A stretch of DNA of 63,874 nt, filler included, from Craspedostauros australis (lineage: Eukaryota), in the NCBI GenBank assembly GCA_030167865.1. It is 10 parts of 10 records of this genome, joined end to end, with 100 filler letters (N's around TTAATTAATTAA, not from the genome) between each part and the next. Parts side by side here need not be neighbours in the genome. Positions count along the whole stretch, not along the records: positions 19,900 to 28,482 come from JALAGF010006209.1; positions 28,583 to 31,324 come from JALAGF010006210.1; positions 31,425 to 33,100 come from JALAGF010006211.1; positions 33,201 to 35,741 come from JALAGF010006213.1; positions 35,842 to 40,003 come from JALAGF010006214.1; 5 more parts are not named here. One strand, 5' to 3'. Shown piece by piece: positions 25,579 to 37,477 of the stretch. Positions within the stretch are counted from its first letter, which is position 1. The number at the start of each line of letters is the position of its first letter. The notes under the pieces are model-generated. The model worked only from the letters and a program-made list of their open reading frames with translations, was not told the origin of the DNA and made no database searches. The position numbers and the translations under genes are program-made.

Positions 25579-27246
25579 CACAACGAGACGTCGGACCCAA
25601 TCGCATTCGCAGCCTCGGCCGATCCAGACACCATGTACTATCATCAAGCCATGAAGCAACCGGATCGCCTCAAGTTCAAAGAAGCAATGCAGGCGGAGAT
25701 CAACGCTCACCATGAGAATGGTCACTGGGAGGTCGTAAAGAGATCCGAAGTGCCTGAAGGGACCAAGGTGGTCGCATCAGTGTGGTCAATGAAGCGAAAG
25801 CGACGCATCAAGACCAGAGAGATCTACAAATGGAAGGCAAGACTGAATGTCCATGGCGGCCAACAAGTGAAAGGCATCAACCTCTGGGAGACCTACGCCC
25901 CAGTCGTCATGTGGATGTCCATCAGACTGGTGCTCATCCTGTCCATCCTCAACAACTGGCACACTTGACAGATCGATTTCGTGCTGGCTTATCCGCAGGC
26001 TGAAGTGGAGACCACCATCTACATGGAGGTTCCAGTCGGGGTAAGTATCGGAGAGAGCGACAACAAGGACCATGTCCTCAAGCTGGTGAAGAACTTGTAC
26101 GGCCAAAAGCAAGCCGGACGAGTCTGGAATCAGCACATGCATCGGGGATTGCTGGACGTCGGATTCACCAGAAGCAAGGTGGATGAGTGCGTCTACTATC
26201 ATGGCAAGACCATGTTCCTGGTGTACGTGGACGACGGAATCCTGGCTGGCCCCAGCTCGGAAGAGATCGACAGACTGCTCGCTCAACTCAAGCAGCGGTT
26301 CAACATGACAGACGAAGGGGACCTGTTGGACTACCTGGGTGTGCACGTCACTCACCTGGAAGACGGACGCATCAAGCTCTCGCAGCCACACCTCATTGAC
26401 CAAATCATCAAAGACGTCAACTTTCGGCCCAACACCAGACCGAGAGACTCGCCAGCGCTGACCACGAAGATACTGGAGGCTGATGAGGACGGAGAGGATC
26501 ACAACGCCACCTGGAGCTACCGGTCAGTCATCGGCAAGCTCAACTTCCTGGAGAAATCCACTCGCGGAGAGATCGGGTACGCGGTGCACCAAGCCGCCAG
26601 GTTCAGCGCCAACCCAAAGAAATCGCACACACAGGCAATCCACCTCATTGTGCGGTACTTGATGGCAACCAGAGACGAAGGAATCATCCTGGATCCGAAC
26701 GACAAGGCATTCGAGTGTTTTGCTGATGCCGACTTCGCCGGACTGTGGAACAAAGACACCGCAAGAGACGACTCGGCCACTGCATGGTCCAGAACTGGCT
26801 ACCTGATTCGATTTGCTGGATGCCCAATTGCATGGGCCTCCCGCTTGCAGACGGAGATCGCTTTGAGCACAACTGAAGCCGAGGTGATTGCATTGTCCAC
26901 TGCTTTGCGCGACGTGATTCCAATGATGAACCTCTTGAGCGAGATGTGCGACAACGAGATTGTACCAGAGAAGTACAAGCCACGGGTGTACTGCAACGCA
27001 TTCGAGGACAACTCAGGAGCTTACAAAATCGCCAAGTTCCCCAAGATGCGCCCCAGAACGAAGCACATCAACATCAAATACCATCGCTTCCGATCATACG
27101 TGGATCGCAAACTCATCGAGATCTACGCAATCGACACCGACGACCAGCTCGCTGACCTGTGGACGAAGCCTCTCGCGGACGACAAGTTCCACAAGTTCAC
27201 AGAGCTCTCCATGGGATGGAAGTTCCCACAGAGGGACCAAGGTTGA
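25579..27246 (+). pseudogene. Ty1/copia reverse transcriptase-RNase H, 5' truncated, one in-frame stop
   Basis: PIAFAASADPDTM, WKARLNVHGGQQ, ETYAPVV, WHT*QIDFVLAY (TGA at 25966-25968), LYGQKQAGRVW, VYVDDGI, FADADFAG, SRTGY, ALSTTEAE, FEDNSGA, RTKHINIKYH and DQLADLWTKPL. Confidence 0.95.
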
Positions 27247-27247
27247 C

Positions 27248-27254
27248 AAGGGAG
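27248..27254 (+). promoter_or_regulatory. polypurine tract of the copia element
   Basis: AAGGGAG lies just after the pol stop and immediately before TGTGGG. Confidence 0.7.
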
Positions 27255-27869
27255 TGTGGGATTATTCCAGTGACTTAACTTTAAGGCACGGGAATTTCCC
27301 GATCGTGTCGGAAGCAAACCTTCGATCATGATGAATTGATCATCGAATCATCCACGAATCGAAGATATCACTGCGCGCCACATTTTCTCAACAATGTCCA
27401 TCGTGTGGGAGTCCGAAAACACGATAACACAAAACACGCGATAAATGCATCCGAATCAACCGTGGAATCGGATGACAGATATCAACTCCACCGAATACGA
27501 TATCGGAGTGCAGTCGCAATGCAAGACCAAGACCAGAATACCACGGGACAGTGCGACCGAAACAAACAGAATGTCGACGATGCTCATGGCCGATAACGCG
27601 GCACATCGCGACAGAATCAAACCGAATGTCGATGATGCTCATGGCCAATAACGCGGCGCATCACGACGAATGCAAACAGAATGATGATGATCACGGTCGT
27701 TCACACGAGAGATGCTGCTGACCCTGCAAGTTGCAATCAGTCCAGAACAACATTTCATCCTCATCTCATAATCCGAGAGTTCAATCAAACTCACCAACCA
27801 ACAGTCAAACCAACTAATCGACAACTAACGATAACAATTACCTCCAAACCAGAGCCCACGATCTCACCA
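27255..27869 (+). repeat. 3' LTR of the copia element (end coordinate tentative)
   Basis: Starts TGTGGGAT after the PPT. Candidate end ATCTCACCA is an imperfect inverted terminus. Contains a 55-nt-period direct repeat at 27569 and 27624. Confidence 0.6.
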
Positions 27870-27983
27870 CTGCCTACNNNNNNNNNNNNNNNNNNNNNNN
27901 NNNNNNNNNNNNNNNNNNNNNNNNNNNNNNNNNNNNNNNNNNNNNNNNNNNNNNNNNNNNNNNNNNNNNNNNNNNNNNNNNNN

Positions 27984-28110
27984 TGGCATGACAATGATGG
28001 CATGACAATGATGGCATGACAATGATGGCATGACAATGATGGCATGACAATGATGACAATGTTGATGACGGTGTTGATGACAGTGTGGATGACAGTGTGG
28101 ATGACGGAGT
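27984..28110. repeat. minisatellite (TGGCATGACAATGA)n grading into 12-mer GATGACAGTGTG-like units
   Basis: About five 14-mers directly after an N gap, followed by related 12-mers. Confidence 0.85.
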
Positions 28111-28482
28111 TGATGATGGTGCTGATGCTGTCCAGCATGGTGGGTCCGACAGTGGCTTTGTGCTTGCGTGCGTGTAGAGGTGGAGCCCATCGTGCCAGCT
28201 CCTCATGAGCATGTAGAAGTGTTGTAGGGAGGGACCGATTGATGGAGGGGAACGACATTCTGCGGTGTTGTGATGATTGTTTGCGCGTGGAGAGAAAATC
28301 CGTGGCCATTGTCGTGCTTGGCACCGCGTGGTGATTTCGCGGTGATTTTGTTTTCGTTTTGTTTTTGTTTTGTTTTGCTGCGCGTCTGTCCTTTCGTTCG
28401 TTTTTTTAGTGTGTTCTTCTCCAGGAGCGTGTCCGAGATGTAAAATTAGGAGAATGGGGTTGGATATAAGAGGGGGAGGAGG

Positions 28483-28582
28483 NNNNNNNNNNNNNNNNNN
28501 NNNNNNNNNNNNNNNNNNNNNNNNNNTTAATTAATTAANNNNNNNNNNNNNNNNNNNNNNNNNNNNNNNNNNNNNNNNNNNN
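28483..28582. other. artificial scaffold linker
   Basis: 44 N + TTAATTAATTAA + 44 N. Confidence 0.97.
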
Positions 28583-31324
28583 ACAACTCCTTCGCTATCC
28601 CAGTCATTCATCCGACTTCGGGTCGCGCGCCAACACATCGCCCAAACGGGAAATTCACACGGTCCTTGTTGACATTTTTCCATCGGTCATCCTTCGCCTC
28701 GGATTAAGCACGGTCATCTTCGCATTCATCAATCGGGAAATTCACACGGTCCCGTCTGGCCTTCCATCCGTCAGTCAGTCACAATTCGAGACANNNNNNN
28801 NNNNNNNNNNNNNNNNNNNNNNNNNNNNNNNNNNNNNNNNNNNNNNNNNNNNNNNNNNNNNNNNNNNNNNNNNNNNNNNNNNNNNNNNNNGACGAATTCC
28901 GACAAGCGCAGAAGTCCACCGTCACATCCCGGCGAACGCTTCGACATCACAGCGGACGGCACAGTCATTTCCAAGTGTGACCACTTTTTTGGGAGCTGCG
29001 GGAAAATACTCGTCCGATAAAATAGCAACCAATCCGGACCAACAACCACCTCCTCGCAACACCCAGCAACAAGATGCCCGATCCTATCCCAATCAACGAC
29101 ACCATCCTGGCGCACGTCCTTAGCGTTCTTGGATATGACAACTCGTCCACTGAATGNNNNNNNNNNNNNNNNNNNNNNNNNNNNNNNNNNNNNNNNNNNN
29201 NNNNNNTGGCTTATCTTGCACACCGAAGAGATCCGAACCATCATGGATTTCGCTTCGCTCCAACGCGAAGACATGCTCGATATGGACGTCACCATCCCGG
29301 TGCCTGATCCACAACCCGACCACGTAGCCCAACTGCCTAAGGTAGCAATCCGGAAATTCATAAATGCCATTGGCTGGTTCAGTGTTCAACCTAATCCCAC
29401 CGTAGAGACATGGCGGGAACNNNNNNNNNNNNNNNNNNNNNNNNNNNNNNNNNNNNNNNNNNNNNNNNNNCGAACGCTTCGACATCACAGCGGACGGCAC
29501 AGTCATTTCCAAGTGTGACCACTTTCCTGGGAGCTGCGGGAATATACTCGTCCGATAAAATAGCAACAAATCCGGACCAACAACCGCCTCCTCGCAACAC
29601 CCAGCTACACGATGTCCAACGCAATCCCAATCAACGACACCATCCTGGCACACGTCCTCAGCGTTCTCGGATATGACGACTCGTCCAATGAGTGGCTTAT
29701 CTTGCATACCGAAGAGATCCGAACCATCATGGATTTCGCTTCGCTCCACCGTGAGGACATGCTTGAGATGAACGCCACCATCCAGGTGCCTGATCCAGAA
29801 CCCGACTACGTAGCACAACTGTCTAAGGTAGCAATCCGAAAATTCTCAAATGCCATTGGCTGGTTCAGTGTTCAACCTAATCCCACTGTAGAGACATGGC
29901 TAGATCTCACGGAAGCCTCGTACATGGAGTATGTCGCTCGGACGTTCACACCCTCGCCTGCATCCTCCACCGCCATGCCTGACGCAGCCACCAGTGCATT
30001 CCCCTTCGAACCAACGAAGACCGAACCAACGGAGAAGACCGGACGCGACCTCGCCGCAGACTTCAACCGCAGCATCAAGCGTAACATTAGCGACTATCCC
30101 AAGTTGTCTGATGACAAGTACTTCGCTACGTTCCATCGTCGTCTGCGTGCCACCGCTGCTGCTCATGGCATCTCCAATGTTCTCGATACTGACTACGTCC
30201 CGTCCGATGAACAAGCCGAGCTCTTCAAAGTGCAGTCCACCTTCCTGTTCAACGTGTTTGTATCCAACCTGCAGACCACGAAGAGTAGGAAGTGTGTCAC
30301 TCCGTACGAGTCAATCTGTGACGGCCAAGCCATCTACTGCATGCTGGTTCGTGAGTACACCACTGGTGCCACTGCCGTCAACACCATCCGACGCATTCAC
30401 GACGACATCGTCAAGTTCAAGCTGGACAAGCAGTGGCGCAAGACTCGTGAGCAGTTCCTGGACCTGTGGCAACACAAGGTTCACGAACTTGAGGCATTGC
30501 GTGATGATCCCATCGACGACGCGACGAAGAAGGAGTGGTTGACGAATGCCATCGAAGCAGACAAGGCTCTGTACCAGTCTATCTTCCAGACTGACTACCT
30601 GCAGACCGCGATCCTGGCCTATTCACCCGGCACGTCCACGACCACCATGGAATTCGATACTCTCGTTGAGCTCGTTCGATCCTACGCTGTCCAGCTCGAT
30701 GGCCACGACGCCAACAAGCCAAAGCCGCCGCGCCAAGTCAACAACACCGACCAGCGCAAGCAACGCGGGAAGGATAAGGACGATGGACCCAATCTCTGGA
30801 AGCCCAACAAGGACTACAGCAAGGAGACACGAGAACGGCTGCCGCGAGAGGAGTTCCAGAAGCTGTCGGACAAGCAACGCAGCGACTTCCTCCAAGCCCG
30901 GCGAGCCAAGTCTGGACGTGGTAAGAAGGACAAGCCTAGGCGTTCCGCCAACAACACCAACCGCAATGGCTCCACGTCCAACCAGAACGACCAACAGGAC
31001 ACCCAGACCAACGACAAAGGTAGTAACAATAACGAGTCTAGTTCTACCGCTGGCACAGCAATCAACCGTATGCTTTCCAATGCCATGTCTAGCGCGTCCG
31101 GGGGCCCACCGGCTACCCTCGTCATTGACGGTCGCACCTACACTCTGTCTCACACGAACGTATCGTACAAGTTCAACAACGCGAACGTGACTGTGCAAGG
31201 CGCATTGGTGGATGGAGGTGCCAACGGCGGTCTCGTTGGAGATGACATGCTGGTGATGGAGTCCACGTCCAACCGCGCTGATGTTTCTGGAATCGGTGAC
31301 GCAGAGATCAAGGATCTAGCGCTG
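28583..31324 (+). mobile_element. Ty1/copia (CoDi-like) 5' leader + gag-protease; same family as 380-3101
   Basis: ORF from ATG 29612 has FNRSIKRNISDYPKL, ATAAAHGISNVLDTDYVP and ALVDGGANGG. Its last ~260 nt are nearly identical to the reverse complement of 2830-3095. Leader and gag start are duplicated across N gaps. Confidence 0.92.
29612..31324 (+). CDS. copia gag-pol polyprotein, N-terminal part (partial)
   Basis: 571 uninterrupted codons ending in the protease domain at the scaffold end. Confidence 0.88.
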
Positions 31325-31424
31325 NNNNNNNNNNNNNNNNNNNNNNNNNNNNNNNNNNNNNNNNNNNNTTAATTAATTAANNNNNNNNNNNNNNNNNNNN
31401 NNNNNNNNNNNNNNNNNNNNNNNN
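31325..31424. other. artificial scaffold linker
   Basis: 44 N + TTAATTAATTAA + 44 N. Confidence 0.97.
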
Positions 31425-33100
31425 GCTGTCGCTTGTATTTGGGGCGCTTGGTTTGACGGTAGAGAGAAGCAGCCATGAGAGCAATGTACAGCAACCGAGA
31501 GCTCTGAAAATTGTATATTGGGTCGTCTGAACAAGACTTCTCAAGGCGCTCGAACAGAATCTTCGCAACATCGAACCTTTGGAAGTAGGTCGTCAGCAGC
31601 TGTCGTGTCCAATAGCCAACCTTGAGGACGAAGGCAGTCTCCTTCGTCTTCACGATGCCTTCGCCAAAGTGGGCGATGTCATCCCAATTCATCTCCTCTT
31701 TTCCAATCAGAATGGCCGGCAACTTCGCGTGCTCCTTGAACCACTCGATGTTGGATGACACCTTGAAGAGTGCCATCTGGTCAAGCATCAATTGATACGA
31801 TCGATACATCTCTGGCATGGGATGTCCCTCCCATTCAGCGGCCATGTTGCCGCTCTGCCAACAGAAGAAACCAATTTCGAAGTCTCCCCGCTGCATACAG
31901 GCAGAAAAGCCTCGATGCAACTTCTCGATGATGACCCCCGCAGGTTCATTCCATCCGTATATAAAAACGCCGCTGATCTGGTCAACCCACGCCTGAATGT
32001 AAGGGTCAGGATCCCGACGGATGATCGTACTCGCCAAGTTGGCGAGGCGCGTGGCTACGGCCTGGTTGCCTAGCGCAGTTTGCACCATGCCGGCACTCAC
32101 GAAACCCAACGCAGCCTCAGCACAGATACCATGACGAATGGACATCCGGACGACCTTCATCGATGCCATCATCCATTCCACAAGGTTTGCTCCCAGGAAT
32201 GATCGGGTGATCAGTTGGAACATGAATTTATTCGCCAGCACCCTGTTTGTATCGCGCAAAGCTGGAAGAGACAGGATCTGCTCATTGTTGTGGCGCTTCA
32301 AGTACGATGTCAGCCACAACAGATCTCGGGCTGCATGCAGCGCGTATGCTCGCCTCGGGTATCCAGCAAGCAGACGGATGGTCCTTCTGCTCAGCTGCAC
32401 GCACAGATCCTGCTTGTCCTCTTTCGCGTACGCTGATACCATGCAGGNNNNNNNNNNNNNNNNNNNNNNNNNNNNNNNNNNNNNNNNNNNNNNNNNNTTT
32501 CGCGTACGCTGATACCATGCAGGAGTACACCGGGAGCTTCTGCTCGGTTGTATTGGCCTTCTCCAGCACCATGTGACCGAGTTCGTAGCCCAGCTGGTAA
32601 TGCCCAAGCGTCAGCTCCACATCTGACCGCAGTTGGTGCAGGTGAAGCGAGAGATCGTATTGATCCTCCCATGGATTGCGAAGCTTGCGGAACGCATGGT
32701 GGGCCAGCTGCAGGTACATGGCCGCTGGTGCCATCGCTGCCATCTTCAACGCCTGCTGTCCGACTTCGAGGTTGAGCCGCAGCGAGAATGCATGATCCTT
32801 GGTCGGAATGCAATTGAGATGGTCGGCAGCGACGAAGAGCAGGCTGGTATCGATGGTTGGTAGTGACCGGCTGTCGCTGTCGCTACTGTCATTGCTGCAT
32901 GTAAATGTGGAGGTCGACGTTGTCGTAAGTGGCAGCTGGTTCTGTTGGCAGTACAGCCTCCAGATGTGCATCCCGATCCTTTGCTTGAGCTTGCTCCTCG
33001 TTTCACCGAATGGGACCATGCTCAGCGCAGCTTGTTGAATGCGGTCATGTGCAAAACGGAATGTCTTGCTCCCCACCGTGTTGGAGAGGAGACCATCTAG
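31425..33100 (-). CDS. STAND NTPase-TPR family protein, internal fragment (paralogue of 13075-17104)
   Basis: FRFAHDRIQQAA, FVAADHLN, LNLEVGQQA, SIRHGICAEAALGF and CMQRGDFE align with FSHDKVQEAA, FMVTNLVN, LNFDAGTKA, TFKYGMSEHSPIAF and ATACGDLE. The frame changes at an N gap with a short overlap. Confidence 0.85.
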
Positions 33101-33200
33101 NNNNNNNNNNNNNNNNNNNNNNNNNNNNNNNNNNNNNNNNNNNNTTAATTAATTAANNNNNNNNNNNNNNNNNNNNNNNNNNNNNNNNNNNNNNNNNNNN
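33101..33200. other. artificial scaffold linker
   Basis: 44 N + TTAATTAATTAA + 44 N. Confidence 0.97.
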
Positions 33201-35176
33201 ACGCATTGTGGTACTTCGCCTTCCGACCAAGCACGTCATATCCCAAGTAGCGGCCAATGCACTCCCATGCAGGTTGATTGAATAGGGTGGCGTTGTCAGC
33301 ATTGCACCACTCTCCGCTTTCAAGCACCTTCTGTATCATGCTGTAGGTGGAGGTGCTTGTGAACGCAAAGCGGCGGTGGACGAACCACAGATGGTCACCC
33401 TGGCCACAGGTGAGTCCATCCACAGGCAGATCCCACACCATNTCTGCCCAACGCTGTTTNACATTCTTGGNTGCGGCAGCCACAANNCCGGTTGNGCCAA
33501 GGGGAGTTTGGGATATGGCAGCTCTGACTGCCGACGATCGTGTTGGATTGACAGTGCATGTTTGGAAGAAGTGTGGGTAGTGTGGGGATCTTGGATTGTT
33601 CCCATGCTTGTTCTCCACCATGTCTTGGTACTTTTGTTGGTCACTGGCATTGCTGAGGGTGAGGTCCCACTCGAAGCNNNNNNNNNNNNNNNNNNNNNNN
33701 NNNNNNNNNNNNNNNNNNNNNNNNNNNNNNNNNNNNNNNNNNNNNNNNNNNNNNNNNNNNNNNNNNNNNNNNNNNNNNNNNNNNNNNNNNNNNNNNNNNN
33801 NNNNNNNCACCATCCTTGGCCCCTTCCTCCCAATATTCATCTGGAGTGTACCCTTGCCAATGGATGGGCCGAAGGTGAATGGTAGGTATCCGGCTCGCAT
33901 GTGTGTACCCTCCAGATTGGCACCCCTGGTAGTGAGGAAGGCGGTAGTGCTGTGGCAGTTGTATCCTCGATCTGTCATGAGGGTTAGATTTCGAAAAGAA
34001 CCATCTGGCTCTTTTAGTTGGGTGAACAACCGATAGGTGTCGTCATCGAACCCATCTCGGCAAGCGGCCAACCCCACAACAAGTCCAGAAGCAGACTGGA
34101 CAAGAGTGTTCAGGGTTAATCTGAAGGAACGCAGAAGACGGAAACAAGACAGAGACCTGGGGTGAGGAATTGAAACATGAAATGGAGATGCCACCCCTCT
34201 GCAACAAACACACAATGCTGTTTGTCACTTACCCATTACGATTTGCATGAGTATGTCTCATGCCAAGCAGATAGCTGCTCTCCGCACGGCTGCTGCAATG
34301 GACCTTGTCATCATCCAATGTGACNNNNNNNNNNNNNNNNNNNNNNCGAAGACAAAGAATCTCAAGCGTCAAGTTGAAAGCACTTTCCAATTCGGTCCAA
34401 ACAAAGCGATGACCATTCCGAGAGACAGGGTTTCCATTGCGTCGAATTCGGTCCCAGAGATTGACGTAGTGCTGTCTGGTGGGAAAGCTGGGAAGCGTGG
34501 CAGCGTTGCTGCCATCGTAGAGCCGACGAACGGTGCAGCCTTCCACCATCTGTGATGTGATGGCAAAGAGAAACTCCATGTACTCAGGATATGAGAAACC
34601 CAACCCGCTTGGGCCAAATGCACGGATGAAAATGGGAGATGTGGGGCCCAGCACATCGTGGATCAAGTCATGGGGTGTTGGCACGTATGGTGGAGACCCA
34701 GGAGGACTCTTGGGGAAGCGCTGCAAGACAGCTGTTCGCAGTGAACGAATCTCTTCCTTTGCATGGAGAAGAGCAAGCTTGTGCGCTTCTCCAACAGTTA
34801 CTTTTGTTGCATGCTTGTAGGCCGAGAGCACCTTCCACTCCACAGAGATCTCCCTACTCCCCTTCTTCGGAGGGAGGACGATGCGATGGCTGTAGCCAGG
34901 AAGTGAGCACGGTTGGACTCCAAAATCGCCAACAGGATCTGGAGGCACCACTGTAGGCACCGCACCCTCGTCATCACTGTTGACACAGNNNNNNNNNNNN
35001 NCTTCTTCATGGGTGTGTTTGCCTGCATCACCCATTCCATCATCCAAAACTTGTCCAAAGGGATGAAGCTGCTGGGATGGAGAGACATTGCCATGGCCGG
35101 TTGTTGCAAGTGGAGTGGAAGCTGTGGGCAAGTTGTCATTGGCATTGGGAGCATCAGGCGGAAGAGAAGATGCCAT
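33201..35176 (-). mobile_element. putative divergent DDE/D transposase (piggyBac/IS4-like motif order) with one intron (34121-34232); 3' truncated
   Basis: ATG at 35176. A GTAAGT donor at 34232 and TTCCTTCAG acceptor at 34121 join the two ORFs in frame: VTLDDDKVH...HANRNG|LTLNTLV...LMTDRGYNC...LTTRGANLEGTHMR. Confidence 0.62.
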
Positions 35177-35741
35177 GATGAAGTTGACGTATCGAAGAAG
35201 GCAAGCTGGAAGAAGAAGGCAGTATGGGGGATGCTGCGAATGATAAGCAAGGAGGTGCGAGGTTGATGATGGGATGAAATGAACCACAGCAGGCAAGGAG
35301 NNNNNNNNNNNNNNNNNNNNNNNNNNNNNNNNNNNNNNNNNNNNNNNNNNNNNNNNNNNNNNNNNNNNNNNNNNNNNNNNNNNNNNNNNNNNNNNNNNNN
35401 NNNNNNNNNNNNNNNNNNNNNNNNNNNNNNNNNNNNNNNNNNNNNNNNNNNNNNNNNNNNNTGAAAATTGTCTCCTCAGACCGGATTTTGGCGAACCTCC
35501 GGGTAACTTTGTCTCCTGAGCCCAAAATGGCCATTTTTGGTCTCCCCAGACAGAATCTGTCCTCATGGATATCAGTCGCATGCAGTACTTCCTGAAGTAG
35601 CCGGTGTTTGGAACGCACTGCTGCCATTACTGCATGCGAAAGGGCTGTCCTATTTGCTGTCAAACCTACTCGTCCTTGATTCCATGAACAACGGTCGTCT
35701 TCTGATTGCGTAAGATCTATGTATTTACGAGTATGTATCCT

Positions 35742-35841
35742 NNNNNNNNNNNNNNNNNNNNNNNNNNNNNNNNNNNNNNNNNNNNTTAATTAATTAANNN
35801 NNNNNNNNNNNNNNNNNNNNNNNNNNNNNNNNNNNNNNNNN
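35742..35841. other. artificial scaffold linker
   Basis: 44 N + TTAATTAATTAA + 44 N. Confidence 0.97.
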
Positions 35842-36353
35842 AAGTGTGGCGATGATGTGTGAATGGTGAGGGGGTGTCGATGATGTTGGATGGGATGTGT
35901 TTTGTGTGATGTGTTTTGTGTGATGCGTTTTGTGTGATGTGTTTTGTGACGAGCAAAATGTGAGATCATGCGCCACATGCTAACGTGTATTTAACGCGTA
36001 CCAACCGAACGACATCTTCGACACCGTCTTCGTGACTGANTACCATNCGATAAATAATCAAGAACATCACAGAACCTTCTGAGAAACAAGTAGGAGTTTC
36101 ATGGGGTTCGACCCATACGACTCAAAAATGCCTTGATGGGCTCATAAAACTTAAAATAAGGTCTAACCGGAAAGTAATTTGAATCATTATTTGGTTTTAG
36201 AATATGGGGATTATGAATATGTGGTTGGTTTGGATATCTGAGAAAAAAGGTGTTGAGTCCCAGGACAAAGTGCAGGTCGACTCACTCGGGGGGCTCTTAT
36301 GTTCATTCAACGTCCTTGTGTGCATCAAATTAGTGTTTGCTTTGCATTGCGCA

Positions 36354-37477
36354 TGTCAGGAATCGAGGGTACGACTATGTCGGAAAGATACCCATGATTG
36401 CCGCACCTCCCAAAATTATCAATCACGACTGAAGTCAACTCTTGTTGATCACATCTTTGAGTCTTGTTGATCACACCCGTGACTCAAGACAAACGTGACT
36501 GATATCAGTCTTGACAAGAAAACAAGCCTGTCCTCTCTGAATCAAGAAAAGTCACGACATCGAAAAACAGGATGTCCCAACATCAAGCATGACATCGCGA
36601 CGATCCAAACAACGACGTCACAGGAGAAACATCGATGACCAGCAGGTCTGTGATCACCCCATCNGGAGAACCGAAACACGTGCCACNNGCGGACTAGAAC
36701 AATTCAGAAAGGACATCAAGCTTGACACCAATCGTAAGAAAAGGTGTCAAGAGATCAAGGGCGAAACCTGTGACAAGTCAAGCGCATGACTGCGGAATCG
36801 TACCGCATGAATGTAGATGATGATATGCATGATGAGATGCATGATGGAGATGCCTGATGAAAGGATCGATGAATACAAGCGAGAATGCATGATGAAGACA
36901 GCATGAAGGCAACAGTTTGACATGATGTTACTGTGGATTATACATGCTATGGCAAATGGAATTGGAAGAGCTGAAGATGTTATGCTCACAGTTCTGAGAA
37001 TNNNNNNNNNNNNNNNNNNNNNNNNNNNNNNNNNNNNNNNNNNNNNNNNNNCCAGCAGGTCTGTGATCACCCCATCTGGAGAACCGAAACACGTGCCACC
37101 TGCGGACTAGAACAATTCAGAAAGGACATCAAGCTTGACACCAATCGTAAGAAAAGGTGTCAAGAGATCAAGGGCGAAACCTGTGACAAGTCAAGCGCAT
37201 GACTGCGGAATCGTACCGCATGAATGTAGATGATGATATGCATGATGAGATGCATGATGGAGATGCCTGATGAAAGGATCGATGAATACAAGCGAGAATG
37301 CATGATGAAGACAGCATGAAGGCAACAGTTTGACATGATGTTACTGTGGATTATACATGCTATGGCAAATGGAATTGGAAGAGCTGAAGATGTTATGCTC
37401 ACAGTTCTGAGAATGCAACAACAGGAATAGGTAATCAGATACAACTAATAAGGTTGGGTTACCCGGATTTCTCAACA
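36354..37477 (+). repeat. LTR (probably solo), TGTCAGG...CTCAACA; ~0.7 kb once the gap-flanking duplicate is removed
   Basis: TG...CA termini with imperfect inverted ends (TGTCAGGAATCGAGGGTAC / GTTACCCGGATTTCTCAACA). Homologous end to end with 61464-62154(-). Confidence 0.75.

Noticed and set aside
25966..25980. Programmed stop-codon readthrough in RT
   Set aside because: The stop lies inside the RT core at an Arg-compatible site. A point mutation is the simpler explanation.
28891..29900. Two gag starts in tandem
   Set aside because: Gap-flanking near-duplicates of a multicopy element. The same pattern occurs at 36638-37413, 53001-54245, 55259-55427 and 57220-57629.
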